Positions 26,702-39,761 of a stretch of DNA of 64,000 nucleotides are shown here, piece after piece (within the stretch, counting starts at the first letter, position 1; each line of letters opens with the position of its first letter). A program made the position numbers and the translations under genes. Source of the stretch: Mycobacteriales bacterium (lineage in GTDB: Bacteria > Actinomycetota > Actinomycetes > DATLTS01). A model generated the notes under the pieces. That model worked only from the letters and a program-made list of their open reading frames with translations. It had not been told where the DNA came from and searched no databases. The stretch covers positions 82,507 to 146,506 of the forward strand of contig DATLTS010000035.1 of assembly GCA_035533475.1 (NCBI GenBank), given 5' to 3'.

Positions 26702-27922
26702 GTGTGCGCACTCCCCCTGCTCGAGCCGCGCGACGGCGTGCCCCCGGTGGTGGCGTCACCCGACGCCTTGGCCCGGACCGTAGCGGCCTTCGCTGCCGGC
26801 ACCGGCCCGGTCGCCGTCGACGCCGAGCGGGCCTCCGGCTATCGCTACGGCCAGCAGGCCTACCTCGTCCAGATCCGCCGGGCCGGGGCCGGTACGGCAC
26901 TCATCGATCCGGTCGGATGTCCCGACCTCTCCACGCTCGGTTCCATCATCTCTAACGAGGAGTGGATCCTCCACGCAGCGAACCAGGACCTGCCCTGCCT
27001 GGCCGGCGTGGGCCTGGTCCCGCGGCTGATTTTCGACACCGAGCTGGCCGGTCGGTTGGCCGGATACGAACGCGTCGGGCTGGGCGCCATCGTCGAGGAG
27101 CTGCTCGGTTTCACCCTGGAGAAGGGCCACTCGGCCTCCGACTGGTCACAGCGGCCGTTGCCGGCTGCGTGGCTTGTCTACGCCGCCCTCGACGTAGAGG
27201 TACTCGTCGAGCTTCGGGACGCACTCGCGGCGGAGCTCGAACGGCAGGGGAAGCTCGGCTGGGCCCGCGAGGAGTTCGCGGCGATCGTCGCCGCGCCGCC
27301 CGCGCCGTCGCGGGTCGACCCCTGGCGGCGCACATCGGGCATCCACCGGCTCCGAACCCGCCGGCAGCTGGCCGCCCTGCGGGGGGTGTGGGAACTGCGG
27401 GAGAACATGGCCCGGGATCGCGACCTCGCGCCCGGCCGGCTGCTCTCCGACACCGCCCTGATCGCGGCCGTGCTCCAGGCGCCGGCGTCGGTGGATGCGC
27501 TCACCGCGCTTCCGGTGTGGGGTGGCCGGGCGACCCGCCGGCTGGCTGGACAGTTCTTCGCGGCGCTCCGTTCGGCCGGTGAGCTCCCGGAGCCGAGCCT
27601 GCCGACGGTCAACCTCGCGGTGGACGGGCCGCCCCCGACCAGCCGGTGGGCGGAGAAGGACCCGGCCGCGGCCGCCCGGCTCACCCGGGCCCGCGCCGCG
27701 GTCGCCGCCCTGGCGGCGGAACACCGGATGCCCGCCGAGAACCTGCTCGCCCCCGACCTGGTCCGTCGGCTCGCGTGGGAACCGCCCGGCCTGCACACCG
27801 AGGATGCGGTGGGGGCCGTGCTCCGGGCCGGCCGGGCGCGGGACTGGCAGGTGCGGCTGACCGCGGCCGCGCTGGCGGCGGTTCTCGATCCGCCCCCGGA
27901 GATGGACGATCCGCTCGGGTGA
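26702..27922 (+). CDS. RNase D-like 3'-5' exonuclease with HRDC domain
   Basis: DEDDy exonuclease motifs ('VAVDAERASGYRY', 'HAANQDL'), HRDC-like C-terminus. GTG start. Confidence 0.8.
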   Translation: MCALPLLEPRDGVPPVVASPDALARTVAAFAAGTGPVAVDAERASGYRYGQQAYLVQIRRAGAGTALIDPVGCPDLSTLGSIISNEEWILHAANQDLPCLAGVGLVPRLIFDTELAGRLAGYERVGLGAIVEELLGFTLEKGHSASDWSQRPLPAAWLVYAALDVEVLVELRDALAAELERQGKLGWAREEFAAIVAAPPAPSRVDPWRRTSGIHRLRTRRQLAALRGVWELRENMARDRDLAPGRLLSDTALIAAVLQAPASVDALTALPVWGGRATRRLAGQFFAALRSAGELPEPSLPTVNLAVDGPPPTSRWAEKDPAAAARLTRARAAVAALAAEHRMPAENLLAPDLVRRLAWEPPGLHTEDAVGAVLRAGRARDWQVRLTAAALAAVLDPPPEMDDPLG

Positions 27923-28398
27923 ACCAGCCGGCCATCCACACCGAGCGCTGCGTTCTCGAGCCGCTCGACATCCCCACCGCGCGCGCACTCGCGGCCGGGC
28001 GCTGGGACGCCGTGCCCGGCGGCCCGGGCTGGCCGCATCCGGACACCGCGGTCGTGGTGTCGGCGGCGCTTTCGCTGGGCTGGCCGACCTGGCTGATCCG
28101 GTGCGGGCCCGCGGATGGAGCGGTGATCGGTGAATGCGGGCTCAAGGGCGCCCCCGAGCCCGGCGGCCCGGTCGAGATCGGATACGGCCTGGCCGGCCCG
28201 GCCCGGGGCCACGGCTACGCCCGGGAGGCGGTGGCCGCGCTGCTGGGGTGGCTGGCCGAGGACCGGCAGGCGACCGCGGTGCTCGCCGAGGTCAAGCTGA
28301 CGAACACGGCGTCCCGCCGGCTGGTCGAGGGGCTCGGGTTCACCCTCGACGAGGAGCGGGACGGCTTCGCTCACTACCGGCTGCCGTTGCCCCGCTGA
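27919..28398 (+). CDS. GNAT-family N-acetyltransferase
   Basis: 'RGHGYAREAV' acetyl-CoA binding motif. GTGA overlap with upstream gene. Confidence 0.7.
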   Translation: MNQPAIHTERCVLEPLDIPTARALAAGRWDAVPGGPGWPHPDTAVVVSAALSLGWPTWLIRCGPADGAVIGECGLKGAPEPGGPVEIGYGLAGPARGHGYAREAVAALLGWLAEDRQATAVLAEVKLTNTASRRLVEGLGFTLDEERDGFAHYRLPLPR

Positions 28399-28466
28399 CC
28401 GGCCCGGCGGCCGCCGTTACCCACGGGTAATATCAGCCGCCATCCTCCTCGCTCCGGGAGTCCGCC

Positions 28467-29675
28467 GTGCCGCACGCCAGCCCCGCCGCGCCCTCCGTGG
28501 TCTTCGTCGACGGGGTCCGCACCCCCTTCGGCAAGGCCGGACCGAACGGCCTCTACGCCCAGACCCGGGCCGACGACCTCGTCGTGCACGTGCTGCGCGA
28601 GTTGCTGCGCCGGCACCCGGAGCTCCCGCCGGAACGGGTCGACGACGTGGCGATCGCCGCCACCACGCAGATCGGCGACCAGGGCCTCACCCTCGGCCGG
28701 ACCGCCGCGATCCTCGCCGGCCTGCCCAAGACGGTCCCCGGCTTCGCTCTCGACCGGATGTGCGCCGGGGCGATGACCGCCGTGACGACGATGGGCTCCG
28801 GCATCGGCTTCGGCGCGTACGACGTGGCCATCGCCGGTGGCGTCGAGCACATGGGCCACCACCCGATGGGCGAGGGCGTCGACCCGAACCCCCGGTTTCT
28901 CACCGAGCGACTGGTCGACCCTTCGGCGCTGGTCATGGGCCAGACCGCAGAGAACCTGCACGACCGCTTTCCCGAGCTGACCAGGGAGCGCGCCGACGCT
29001 TTCGCGCTCGCCAGCCAGCGGCGTTACGCCGAAGCGCTCGCCGCCGGCCGGATCGCTGCGGACCTCGTCCCGGTCGCCGTGCGGTCCGCGGAGTCCGGCT
29101 ACGGGCTCGCTACCGCCGACGAGCCGCCCCGCCCGGGCACGACGCTCGAGGATCTCGCGCGGCTCAAGACCCCGTTCCGCCCGCACGGCCGGGTGACCGC
29201 CGGCAACGCGGCCGGACTCACCGACGGCGCGACCGGTTGCCTGCTCGCCGCGGAGGACGCAGCCCGGCTGCTCGGGCTGCCGGTGAAGATGCGCCTGGTC
29301 GGCTACGCCTTCGCGGGGGTGGAGCCCGAGGTCATGGGGGTCGGGCCGATCCCGTCCACCGAGAAGGCCCTGGCCCGCAGCGGCCTGGCGATCGAGGACA
29401 TCGGGCTGTTCGAGATCAACGAAGCCTTCGCCGTCCAGGTCCTCGCCTTCCTCGACCATTTCGGGCTCGCGGACGACGACCCCCGGGTCAACCCCTACGG
29501 CGGCGCGATCGCGCTCGGTCACCCCCTCGCCTGTTCCGGGGTGCGGCTGATGATCCAGTTGGCTCGCCAGTTCACCGAGCAGCCGCGGGTCCGCTACGGG
29601 ATCACCGCCATGTGCGTCGGGATCGGAATGGGCGCAACGGTCATCTGGGAGAACCCACACTGGGAGGGCGCGTGA
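28467..29675 (+). CDS. fadA: Acetyl-CoA C-acyltransferase (3-ketoacyl-CoA thiolase)
   Basis: 'DRMCAGAMTAV' active-site Cys. 'GGAIALGHPLACSG' C-terminal thiolase signature. Confidence 0.9.
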   Translation: MPHASPAAPSVVFVDGVRTPFGKAGPNGLYAQTRADDLVVHVLRELLRRHPELPPERVDDVAIAATTQIGDQGLTLGRTAAILAGLPKTVPGFALDRMCAGAMTAVTTMGSGIGFGAYDVAIAGGVEHMGHHPMGEGVDPNPRFLTERLVDPSALVMGQTAENLHDRFPELTRERADAFALASQRRYAEALAAGRIAADLVPVAVRSAESGYGLATADEPPRPGTTLEDLARLKTPFRPHGRVTAGNAAGLTDGATGCLLAAEDAARLLGLPVKMRLVGYAFAGVEPEVMGVGPIPSTEKALARSGLAIEDIGLFEINEAFAVQVLAFLDHFGLADDDPRVNPYGGAIALGHPLACSGVRLMIQLARQFTEQPRVRYGITAMCVGIGMGATVIWENPHWEGA

Positions 29676-31780
29676 CCACCGAGTTCCCCGAGGAGGTCGT
29701 CACCCGGGCGCTGACCCGCCGGGTCGAACTTCCCGACGGCCCCGCCTTCGCGCTGATCACCCTGGACAACGGGCACGACCACACCCGGCCGAACACGTTC
29801 GGGCCGGCCGGCCTGCTCGCACTCGACGCCGCGCTCGACGCCGCCGCGGCGAGCGACGTGGATGCGATCGCGATCACCGGGAAGCCGTTCATTTTCGCGG
29901 TCGGCGCAGACCTGTCCGGGGTTTCCCGGCTCACCCGCCGGGATCAGGCGCTCGACATCGGTCGGCTCGGACACCGGGTCTTCGGCCGGCTCGGCGCCGG
30001 CAAGCCGACCTTCGCCTTCGTCAACGGAGCGGCGATGGGCGGCGGGGTCGAGATCGCGCTGCACTGCACCTACCGGACGATCTCCTCCGGGGTTCCCGCG
30101 GTCGCCCTGCCCGAGTGTTTCCTCGGGCTGGTCCCCGGCTGGGGAGGAACCCAGCTGTTGCCGAACCTGATCGGCCCGGACGCCGCCATCAAAGTGATCC
30201 TGGAGAACCCGCTCAGCCAGAACCGGACGCTCCGCGGCGCGCAGGCTTTCGAGCTCGGGCTGGCGGACGCCCTGTTCGAGCCGGCCGACTTCCTCGAGCG
30301 CTCGCTGCACTGGGCCGCCGACGTGCTCGCCGGCCGGGTCCGCCCCGCCCGGCCGGAACCGGACCGCGGCCCCGCCTGGGACGAGGCCGTGGCCCGCGGC
30401 CGGGACCTGGTCGACGCCTCGGTGCACGGTGCCGCCCCGGCGCCCTACCGGGCTCTGGAGCTGATCGCTCTTGCGAAAAGCGCGGATCGGGCCACCGGGT
30501 TCGCCGCGGAGGACGAGGCGCTCGCCGACCTGATCCTCGGCGAGGAACTGCGCTCCGGGCTGTACGCGTTCGACCTCGTCCAAAAGCGGGCGCGCCGCCC
30601 GGTCGGCGCCCTCGACCGGTCCCTCGCCCGGCCCGTCACCAAGGTGGGCATCGTCGGCGCGGGGCTGATGGCCAGCCAGCTCGCCACCCTGTTCGTCCAG
30701 CGGCTCGAGGTCCCGGTCGTGCTGACCGACGTCGACCAGTCCCGGCTGGACACCGGCGTCGGATACGTCCACGGCGAGGTCGACCGTCTCCTCGGCCGGG
30801 GCCGGATCACGCCCGACCGGGCGAACCGACTCAAGGCTCTGGTCACCGGGTCGCTGTCGAAAGCCGGATTCGCGGACGCTGACTTCGTCATCGAGGCGGT
30901 GTTCGAGGAGTTGACGGTCAAGCAGCAGGTGTTCGCCGAATGCGAGGCGGTCGTCTCCGACACGTGCGTGCTCGCTACCAACACATCCTCGCTGTCGGTC
31001 ACGGCGATGGCCGCGGGGCTCAGCCACCCGGAGCGGGTCGTCGGCTTCCACTTCTTCAACCCGGTCGCCGTGCTGCCGCTGCTGGAGATCGCGCGGACCG
31101 CGCGGACCGACGACCCCACATTGGCCACCGCGTTCACTATCGCCCGGGCGCTGAAGAAGTCGGCGGTGCTCGTTAAAGATGCTCCGGCGTTCGTCGTGAA
31201 TCGGGTGTTGACCCGATTCCTCGGCGAGGTGACCCGCGCGGTCGACGAGGGCACGGCTTTCGAGGACGCCGACGCTGCCCTGCGGCCGCTGGGACTGCCG
31301 ATGTCGCCGTTCGAGTTGCTGGCCCTGGTCGGGCCGACGGTTGCGCTGCACGTCGCGGAAACGTTGCATGCCGCGTTCCCCGAGCGCTTCTACGTGTCGG
31401 AGAACCTCCGCCGGATGGTGGAGGCGGGCAAGACCGGTGTGTACAGCTGGGCGTCCGGGGCGGCGCAGGTGGACCCCGAGGTAGCCGACCTGTTTCTCCG
31501 ACCAGCCGACCCGCGCGCGTCCTCCGCGGAGGAGGTGCGCGGCCGGGCCCTCGACGCGCTCGCCGAGGAGATCCGGCTGATGCTCGACGACGGGGTCGTC
31601 GCCGAGGCAGCGGACATCGACCTGTGCCTGCTCCTCGGCGCCGGTTGGCCCTTCCACCTCGGCGGAATCACCCCGTACCTGGACCGCGCGGGGGTCTCCG
31701 AACGGGTCGCCGGCCGGCGATTTCTGCCCGCCGGCGTGGCCAGCCTGCCGCGCATGGATTGCCCAGATTCACCCGATTGA
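29672..31780 (+). CDS. fadB: Fatty-acid oxidation complex alpha subunit (enoyl-CoA hydratase + 3-hydroxyacyl-CoA dehydrogenase)
   Basis: Crotonase fold N-terminus. 'VGIVGAGLMASQLA' NAD-binding. GTGA overlap with fadA. The listed 1006-aa ORF starts too far upstream. Confidence 0.9.
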   Translation: MTTEFPEEVVTRALTRRVELPDGPAFALITLDNGHDHTRPNTFGPAGLLALDAALDAAAASDVDAIAITGKPFIFAVGADLSGVSRLTRRDQALDIGRLGHRVFGRLGAGKPTFAFVNGAAMGGGVEIALHCTYRTISSGVPAVALPECFLGLVPGWGGTQLLPNLIGPDAAIKVILENPLSQNRTLRGAQAFELGLADALFEPADFLERSLHWAADVLAGRVRPARPEPDRGPAWDEAVARGRDLVDASVHGAAPAPYRALELIALAKSADRATGFAAEDEALADLILGEELRSGLYAFDLVQKRARRPVGALDRSLARPVTKVGIVGAGLMASQLATLFVQRLEVPVVLTDVDQSRLDTGVGYVHGEVDRLLGRGRITPDRANRLKALVTGSLSKAGFADADFVIEAVFEELTVKQQVFAECEAVVSDTCVLATNTSSLSVTAMAAGLSHPERVVGFHFFNPVAVLPLLEIARTARTDDPTLATAFTIARALKKSAVLVKDAPAFVVNRVLTRFLGEVTRAVDEGTAFEDADAALRPLGLPMSPFELLALVGPTVALHVAETLHAAFPERFYVSENLRRMVEAGKTGVYSWASGAAQVDPEVADLFLRPADPRASSAEEVRGRALDALAEEIRLMLDDGVVAEAADIDLCLLLGAGWPFHLGGITPYLDRAGVSERVAGRRFLPAGVASLPRMDCPDSPD

Positions 31781-31818
31781 CGCGCCTGGTTGCGATCGCG
31801 GCTGGGTAGCGTAGGGAA

Positions 31819-32670
31819 GTGCCGCCCAAACCGCCGCTGGACATCGCGCTGCGCCGGTGCGCGCTCGCGGTATCGGTCCTGCACGACGTGGACCTGCGCC
31901 CGTCGCTCACCGGCATCGTGCTGACCCAGGTCCCCCGGATCAAGGTCACTTGGGCGGAGATCCGCCGGGCCGTCGCCGGCGCCGACCCGGAGAGCGATCT
32001 GGCACGCACCCGGCTGGCCCGATGGCTCGCGGTCCGGCGCTGGCTCGCCTCCCGCACCGCCCGGGAGCTCGCCGAGATGGCTCGCCCTTACGGCGTCCCG
32101 GTCGAAAGCGAGTTGCACCCTGGGCTCGACTGGGTGCGGCTGCGGGTCCTCGGCGACGCGCTGGACATCGGACTGGGTTTCGTCGGCCTCGACCCGACCC
32201 ACCCCGACGACATCGTCGTCCCACCGCAGCGGCTGCTCGAGGCCGCCGGTTTCGACGCCGATCCGTGGTGGCCCGCGCAGCTGGTCTATCTGGAGCAGAT
32301 GGGTCGGATGGCCGCCGAACGGTACCTGCGCCAGCCGGCCGCTCCGCTGCGTCCGATGGGCGACTGCGACGTCGTCACGCTCCTGGGGTCGCGCAGCCTG
32401 CGGGTGGTGCTCGTAGCCGCCAGCGAAGGCATGCGCTCGGCGGCGGTCCCGATGCGGGTGCGGGGTTGGCTCGACCTGACCAGGATCGACCCCGCCTACG
32501 TTCTAGCCGCGGCCGCGCTCACCGAGGCGCCGCATCGCGGTTTCCCCCGGCCCCTTCTCGTCACCGCCGACGAGCTCGCGCTGGCTCGACCCGGCGGCCA
32601 GCCGGAACAACTCGTCCTGCGCGACCCGGCCGTTCACGAGCCGTGGCTGCGCGACGTCCTCTACCGGTAG
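31819..32670 (+). CDS. Conserved hypothetical protein
   Basis: Good GC3, no recognisable motif. Confidence 0.55.
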   Translation: MPPKPPLDIALRRCALAVSVLHDVDLRPSLTGIVLTQVPRIKVTWAEIRRAVAGADPESDLARTRLARWLAVRRWLASRTARELAEMARPYGVPVESELHPGLDWVRLRVLGDALDIGLGFVGLDPTHPDDIVVPPQRLLEAAGFDADPWWPAQLVYLEQMGRMAAERYLRQPAAPLRPMGDCDVVTLLGSRSLRVVLVAASEGMRSAAVPMRVRGWLDLTRIDPAYVLAAAALTEAPHRGFPRPLLVTADELALARPGGQPEQLVLRDPAVHEPWLRDVLYR

Positions 32671-32686
32671 CCGGGCGAGGAGCCCG

Positions 32687-33765
32687 TCAGATCAGCGGAT
32701 GCGGCGGGCGCTGCCTGGGCTTGGCGAACCGGCCCAGGCCGCGCTCCACCCCCACCGGGCCGACCGCGCCGGTGAACGCGGAACGCCTTCGGCCGAATCC
32801 GGTGTTCGTCGCCAACAGCACCAGGCCCATCGCGGCGAGAAGCCCAACCGCGACGTTTCTGGTCCGCCCGGTTGTGGGTGTGCTGGCGGCGACGGCGCGC
32901 TGCGCGACCGGCGCGTTGTTCGCCCCGGTCCCGGCCACCGCCGGAGCGGCGCCGGTCGACGTGGTCGTCGTGGCTGCGCCTGCCGGGAGCGATCCCCCGG
33001 TCACCACCGGGCCGGTTGTGCCCGCGCCGCTCGCGACGGCCGGTGTGGTGCGGCTCGGCGGCGCGCTCGTCGTGCTCGCCCCGGTCGAGCCGGGCGTGCT
33101 TCCGGACGAGCCGGACCCACCCGAGCCGCCAGCGCCCGGACCACCGATCGGCGGAGACTGCGAGCCGGCCCCGCTGAACGACTCGCCCCCGGGCGTCGCC
33201 AGGTCCACCGAGAAGGGCGGGGTGGCGTCGGTGGGGGCGCCGATGTCGAGAACCGGCACGTTGTTGGTCGTGGCCGGCACGATCGCGACGCTGTACAGGC
33301 CAGCCGCTACCTGGGCACCGGAGTCGAGTAGGAAAGTCACCGATTTGCCGCTGGAGGACAGCACCCCGGCGTAGGAATGGGCGGCGCAGTTGTAGCCCGG
33401 CGCGGCGCTGGACGGCTGGTCGTCCCCGTTTCGCCAGCTGGTGTTCAGCGTCGGGCAGGCCAGCAGCGACGGCGTGCCCTGCTCCGTGCTGGTATCCACC
33501 GCCACGGTGAGCGTCGCCGATCCCGCGGAGCCGACCTGGTAGGCGAGCGCGGAATAGGCGAGCACCTGACCCGGGGCCACCGCCACGTGCAGCTCGCCCG
33601 CCGGGGTCGTGGCCGGCGCCGCGGATCCGTTCGCCGACACGAGGTTCCACCAGCCGGCGCGGAGCGGGGCTTCGGCGAACGCCGGGCCGGCCAGAGCGAA
33701 CGTGGCCGCCACGGTGGCCACGCAGCTGGTTCCGGCCAGGCGCAACGCCAGACGCGTCCTCGAGT

Positions 33766-33769
<4 letters not shown>
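32687..33769 (-). CDS. Secreted Gly/Ser/Thr-rich protein with C-terminal membrane anchor; last gene of the ABC operon
   Basis: Signal peptide 'ALAGPAFAEA'. Low-complexity G/S/T region. C-terminal TM + RRRS. ATGA overlap with ATPase gene. Confidence 0.6.
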
Positions 33770-35474
<1,705 letters not shown>

Positions 35475-35478
<4 letters not shown>

Positions 35479-37694
35479 CGGACCGGCTCCGGCTCGCGGG
35501 CGGTGAGCGCGGCGCCGAAAGCCTGCTCCTGGTGTTCCGGTTCGTGCTCGTCGACCCGCCGGTCCGCGACGAGCGAGGGCACGTGCAGCTGGTGACGCGA
35601 GGCCAGGCGGCGCAGCCAGTCGTCGCGGAGCTGGAACACCCAGCCGGCGAGACCGCCCGGGTTGAACCACAGGTTGAGGATCAGCAGGGGGCCGGTCAAC
35701 AACAGCGGCATCACCGAGTCCCACGTGGTGCCGAGGTGGTGCCAGATCAGCGGCCCGAACAGCACCAGCGCCTCGAATGCGATCACCCCGAGCACGCCGC
35801 CGGCGAGCGAGCCGAGGCCGCCGACCGCGGCGGCGAGGAACACCCCGATGCTCGCCGTCACGCTGTACGTTCCGGCGTTGACGCTGAACTGCAGGTAGGC
35901 GAACAGCACGCCGGCGACGCCGGCGAAGACGCCGGCGACGGCGAAGGCGGCCAGCCGGCTGCGCACCGGCGCGATCCCGTAGGACGTGGCGGCCCGCTGG
36001 TTGTCGCGCAGCGCGATGAGGATCCGCCCGCTGTGGTGGCGGCGGAACGACAGGGCCCCGGCGATGCACAGGCCGAAGAACGCCACGCACAGGAAGTAGA
36101 AGCTCTTCGGGTCGTTCATGTCGAACCGGCCGTAGAGCAGCGGGCGCAGCAGGTGTGCCGTGTAGCCGGACGGCAGGATGTGCGCGCCGATGAAGTAGTT
36201 CGTGTTCAACATGTAGTTTTCGACGGCGTAGCCGAACGCCAGGGTCGTCACCGCGAGGTAGATGCCGTGGATCCGGACGGCCGGCAACCCGATGATCACC
36301 GCGGTGACCACCCCGGTTGCGATCCCGATCGCCAACGCCGCGAAGAAGTCGATGTTGTGGTTGGCGGCGAGCCCGCCGGAAACGGCCGCGGACATTCCGA
36401 CCAGACCGAACTGGCCGAGACTGATCTGGCCGGCCCACCCGGTGAGGACGACCAGGGAGACGCCGATGATGCCGTAGACCGGCAGCACGGTGAGCTCCGG
36501 CACGTAGGCGGCTCCCGCGAGGAACGGAAGCCCGATCGCGAGCCCGATCGCCGCGGCGATGCCGATCGCGCGCAGCCGAAGGACCTCCGGCAGCCGGCGC
36601 AGCTCGATCGGGATCGGGCGGAAGACGGCGATCGCCTGCCAGCTCGAGGCGCCGGCTTCCACGGCTCGGGACCGGGTCCGCCGCTGGGCCAGCAAGCCGA
36701 GCAGGATCACGACGATCATCAGCCCGGACGCGTAGTCGTTGTTCCCGGCCGTGGCCACCGAGCCGGCGATGAGCAGTCCGATGCCGAGGCCGGTCAGCAG
36801 CGCCAGGCCGACGCTCTGCATGCGGGCGACGACGGCCGCGGCCAGCCCGTAGAGCAGCGTGTCGAAACCCAGGGTTGCGTCGCTCGGTACCCCGATCAGC
36901 GGGGACTGGCCGAAGATCGCGATCCCGGAGAGCAGCCCGGCGAGCGCCCAGGCGATGGTGGCGACCCGGGCGACCGGGATGCCGAGCAGGGCCGCCCGTT
37001 CGGCGTTCTCGCTCGACGCGCGCAGCGCGATGCCGAAGCGGCTGCGCTTCAGGAACAGGGCCAGCGCGCCGGTGACGATCAGCACCGAGACGATCGCGAA
37101 GACGTCGTTGCCGGTCAGGACGGGTTCGCCGCGGGAGCTGTGGTAGGCGAGGCTCTGCCATGGCGTGGTGACCTTGGGGGCCTGCGCCGCCTTCTGACCG
37201 AACCACACCGGGATGAAGAAGCCGAGCGCGGCATAGCTTTGCGCTACCCCGATGGTGACGACGGTCACGATGAGCCGCGAGGCATGGTTGAACCGGCGCA
37301 GGACGACGACCTCGGTGAGGGCACCAAACGCCAGCCCGCCGACGACCGCGATCGGCAGGGTCAGCAGGTAGCTGACATGGTCGGCGATGGTGAGCGACAC
37401 CGCGAAGATGGCCGGCACCGCGCCGACCGCGGCCGCAGCGAAGTTGATCACCCGGCTGGTCCGGTAGGACAGGACCAGCGCGACACCGATGATTCCGTAC
37501 AGGGCGCCCAGGGACAGCCCGTTGACGATGTCGACCGACGACATCCCGAACCACGCCCGGATCCCGAAGAAGGCCGCGGCCGCGATGACGGTGCGGCGGA
37601 CCAGCGTCGCGGTCCGGCCGGAGCTGCTGGCGAGCGAGCCGAGCAGGTCTCGTAGCCCGGCGACGGACGGTGGCGAGGCGCCCAGGATGGTCAC
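35475..37694 (-). CDS. Fused branched-chain-amino-acid-type ABC permease (LivH-like + LivM-like domains), 739 aa
   Basis: About 18 TM helices, two permease halves. Confidence 0.85.
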
Positions 37695-39499
37695 TTACGG
37701 TTCTCCGGCTCCGGTGCCGGAGGCTCGGCGAACGCCGGGAAGTTGAAGTTGAACCGGGATCCCTCGACCGGGATCCAGTGCCCGGCCACACCGTTGTAGG
37801 GACTGATCGCCTTGTGATCCCAGTACATGACCGCGACGTCCTGGTTCCAGCACCAGTCGTTCGGCAGGAACTGGCGCAGCACGTACCCGGTGGTGCCGCC
37901 ACCGCGGGCACCCATCTGCGGGGCCAGCGCCTGCATCCGCGGCGGCGTGAGCTGCGGGCCGGTGTTCTCGATCATGCTGCCCAGCATGTTGTAGTTGTCC
38001 CAGAAGATCTGGAGCACCGCCGACGAGACCGGCAGCGCCTTGCCGCCGGTCTCCAGGTTCCAGACCTTGACGGCCGATGACTGCGCGGGCGCGGTCTGCG
38101 GGTCGTCGGCGCCCAGCCCGATCGCGTTGTCGAACGGGCAGCCCTGATTGGGGTTGGGGCAGGCGAGGCTGCCGTCATAGGTCTGCGCGCTCGAGTCCCA
38201 GTCCATCGTCTGGTCACTCGCGATCAGAGACTCCGGCCAGTAGTTGTCGGAGGCCGAGGCGTTGTAGGCGAACTGGGGTGCCACCGGGTCGCACAGGCAG
38301 AGCACGCTCGTCGCCGGGTTGCTGGTGGTGTCCATCCGCGCGGTCCCCTCCTGGGACTGCTGGGTGGCGGTGTTGATGTTCTGCGCGTAGAAGTAGGTGT
38401 GGGTGACCGACTCGCCGCAGTCGGACTGAAGGGCCGGGAACAACACCTGCTTGACGGTGGCCTCGTTGTCCGGGTCGTTCGTGCTGATCACGCCGAGGAC
38501 GCGCTTGGAGTGCCGGAAGTTCTGCGCCGGGTTCTCCGTCCCGGCGAAGATCGCGGTGCGCCCGCTGCCGCGCTGGCTCGTCATCTGCGAGCACCACCAC
38601 TTGGCGAACTGGAGCTCCACCCGGCTCGAGCTTTCCGCCGCGTCGAAGGAGTACGGGGCGTTGGCGTTGTGGAAGGCGTCCGAGAAGCCGGCGCCGCCGA
38701 AGTTCACCACGTGCAGACGGGACAGCTCGGCGTAGCAGGCGGAGCAGACGGTGGTGTTCCAGAACACCGCGTATGGGTGGTACTGGGTCACGATCTTGTC
38801 CATCTCGCCGATCAGGCAGGTGTAGTCCGGCGGCACCGTGGTGCAGGTTCCCTGGTAGCTATCGATATGGATCTTGCGCCCGTAGAGCTGGTAGTGGCTG
38901 TCGATGAACGCCGCGTCGGCCCCGTCCCAGACCTGGGCCTGCGCCGCGGTATAGTACAGGCCCTGTGCCTTCAGGATCGCGTCCACTTCCGCGCCGTAGT
39001 CCGCCACGTAGTTGACGACTTCGATCTGCTGCCCGGTCACGCCCTGCCAGGTCGCGCCCCCGTTGCTCGGGTCGGCCGCGCCGACCGTGCCCGGGGTGCA
39101 TGGCGGTGCGAAGAAGTCGATCGACGGGCTGTACTGGCGGCCACTCACGCAGTGCGTGGTGTCCCCGCCGACGCCGCCCGTGGACACACTGGTGGTCGTG
39201 GGCTGGCTTCCGGTTACCCCGGGGCCGGGCCCCTGACCGGAACCTGTTCCCGCGGCGCCGGTGCCGGCCGCGCCCGTGGCCGCGGCCCCGGGCAGCCCCG
39301 AGGTCGAGCCGGGGGTGCCCGGCGCGCCACTGGTGGTGGTGGTGCCCCCGGCGCCGGTTCCGGAGGAGTAACCGGTGCCGAGCGCCGAAGAGCCGTTGGC
39401 CCCGGGCGCGGTTGAGGGCAGCACGAGCACCAGAACCAGTTGCATGGCGACGAGCAAACCCAGCGGACCGAACTTGCTGAGCAGCGGACTCGAACCCAT
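37691..39499 (-). CDS. Large secreted Cys/Trp-rich protein with Thr/Gly-rich linker; candidate atypical substrate-binding component of the ABC system
   Basis: ATG with GGAGGA RBS. Signal peptide. About 16 Cys. ATGA overlap with permease. Does not resemble classical LivJ. Confidence 0.65.
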   Translation of the reverse strand: MGSSPLLSKFGPLGLLVAMQLVLVLVLPSTAPGANGSSALGTGYSSGTGAGGTTTTSGAPGTPGSTSGLPGAAATGAAGTGAAGTGSGQGPGPGVTGSQPTTTSVSTGGVGGDTTHCVSGRQYSPSIDFFAPPCTPGTVGAADPSNGGATWQGVTGQQIEVVNYVADYGAEVDAILKAQGLYYTAAQAQVWDGADAAFIDSHYQLYGRKIHIDSYQGTCTTVPPDYTCLIGEMDKIVTQYHPYAVFWNTTVCSACYAELSRLHVVNFGGAGFSDAFHNANAPYSFDAAESSSRVELQFAKWWCSQMTSQRGSGRTAIFAGTENPAQNFRHSKRVLGVISTNDPDNEATVKQVLFPALQSDCGESVTHTYFYAQNINTATQQSQEGTARMDTTSNPATSVLCLCDPVAPQFAYNASASDNYWPESLIASDQTMDWDSSAQTYDGSLACPNPNQGCPFDNAIGLGADDPQTAPAQSSAVKVWNLETGGKALPVSSAVLQIFWDNYNMLGSMIENTGPQLTPPRMQALAPQMGARGGGTTGYVLRQFLPNDWCWNQDVAVMYWDHKAISPYNGVAGHWIPVEGSRFNFNFPAFAEPPAPEPENRK

Positions 39500-39761
39500 C
39501 AGTCCTCCGGGCGCTGGGTGAACCGGCTGAATCGGCTGGATCGGCTGAATCATGCGAGCGGCGGGATGTCCCGTCAAGGCAGGTATGTGACCCTGGTCAC
39601 GCCTGACCGGCCGCGAACGCGCCGCCGGTCCATCGAGTTCAGCACGCGGCGAGTGGGCGATTCGTCAACATCAGCACGCGGCGACTGGGCGGTTCACCCC
39701 GGGCAAACCGCCCACTCGGCATGCGGCAGGGGCGACGGAGGGAGCTGGCCACGCGGCCCGG

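Noticed and set aside
28760-31780. 1006-aa ORF start for fadB
   Set aside because: The first ~300 codons overlap fadA in another frame and are Arg-rich. The real start is the GTG at 29672 overlapping the fadA stop.
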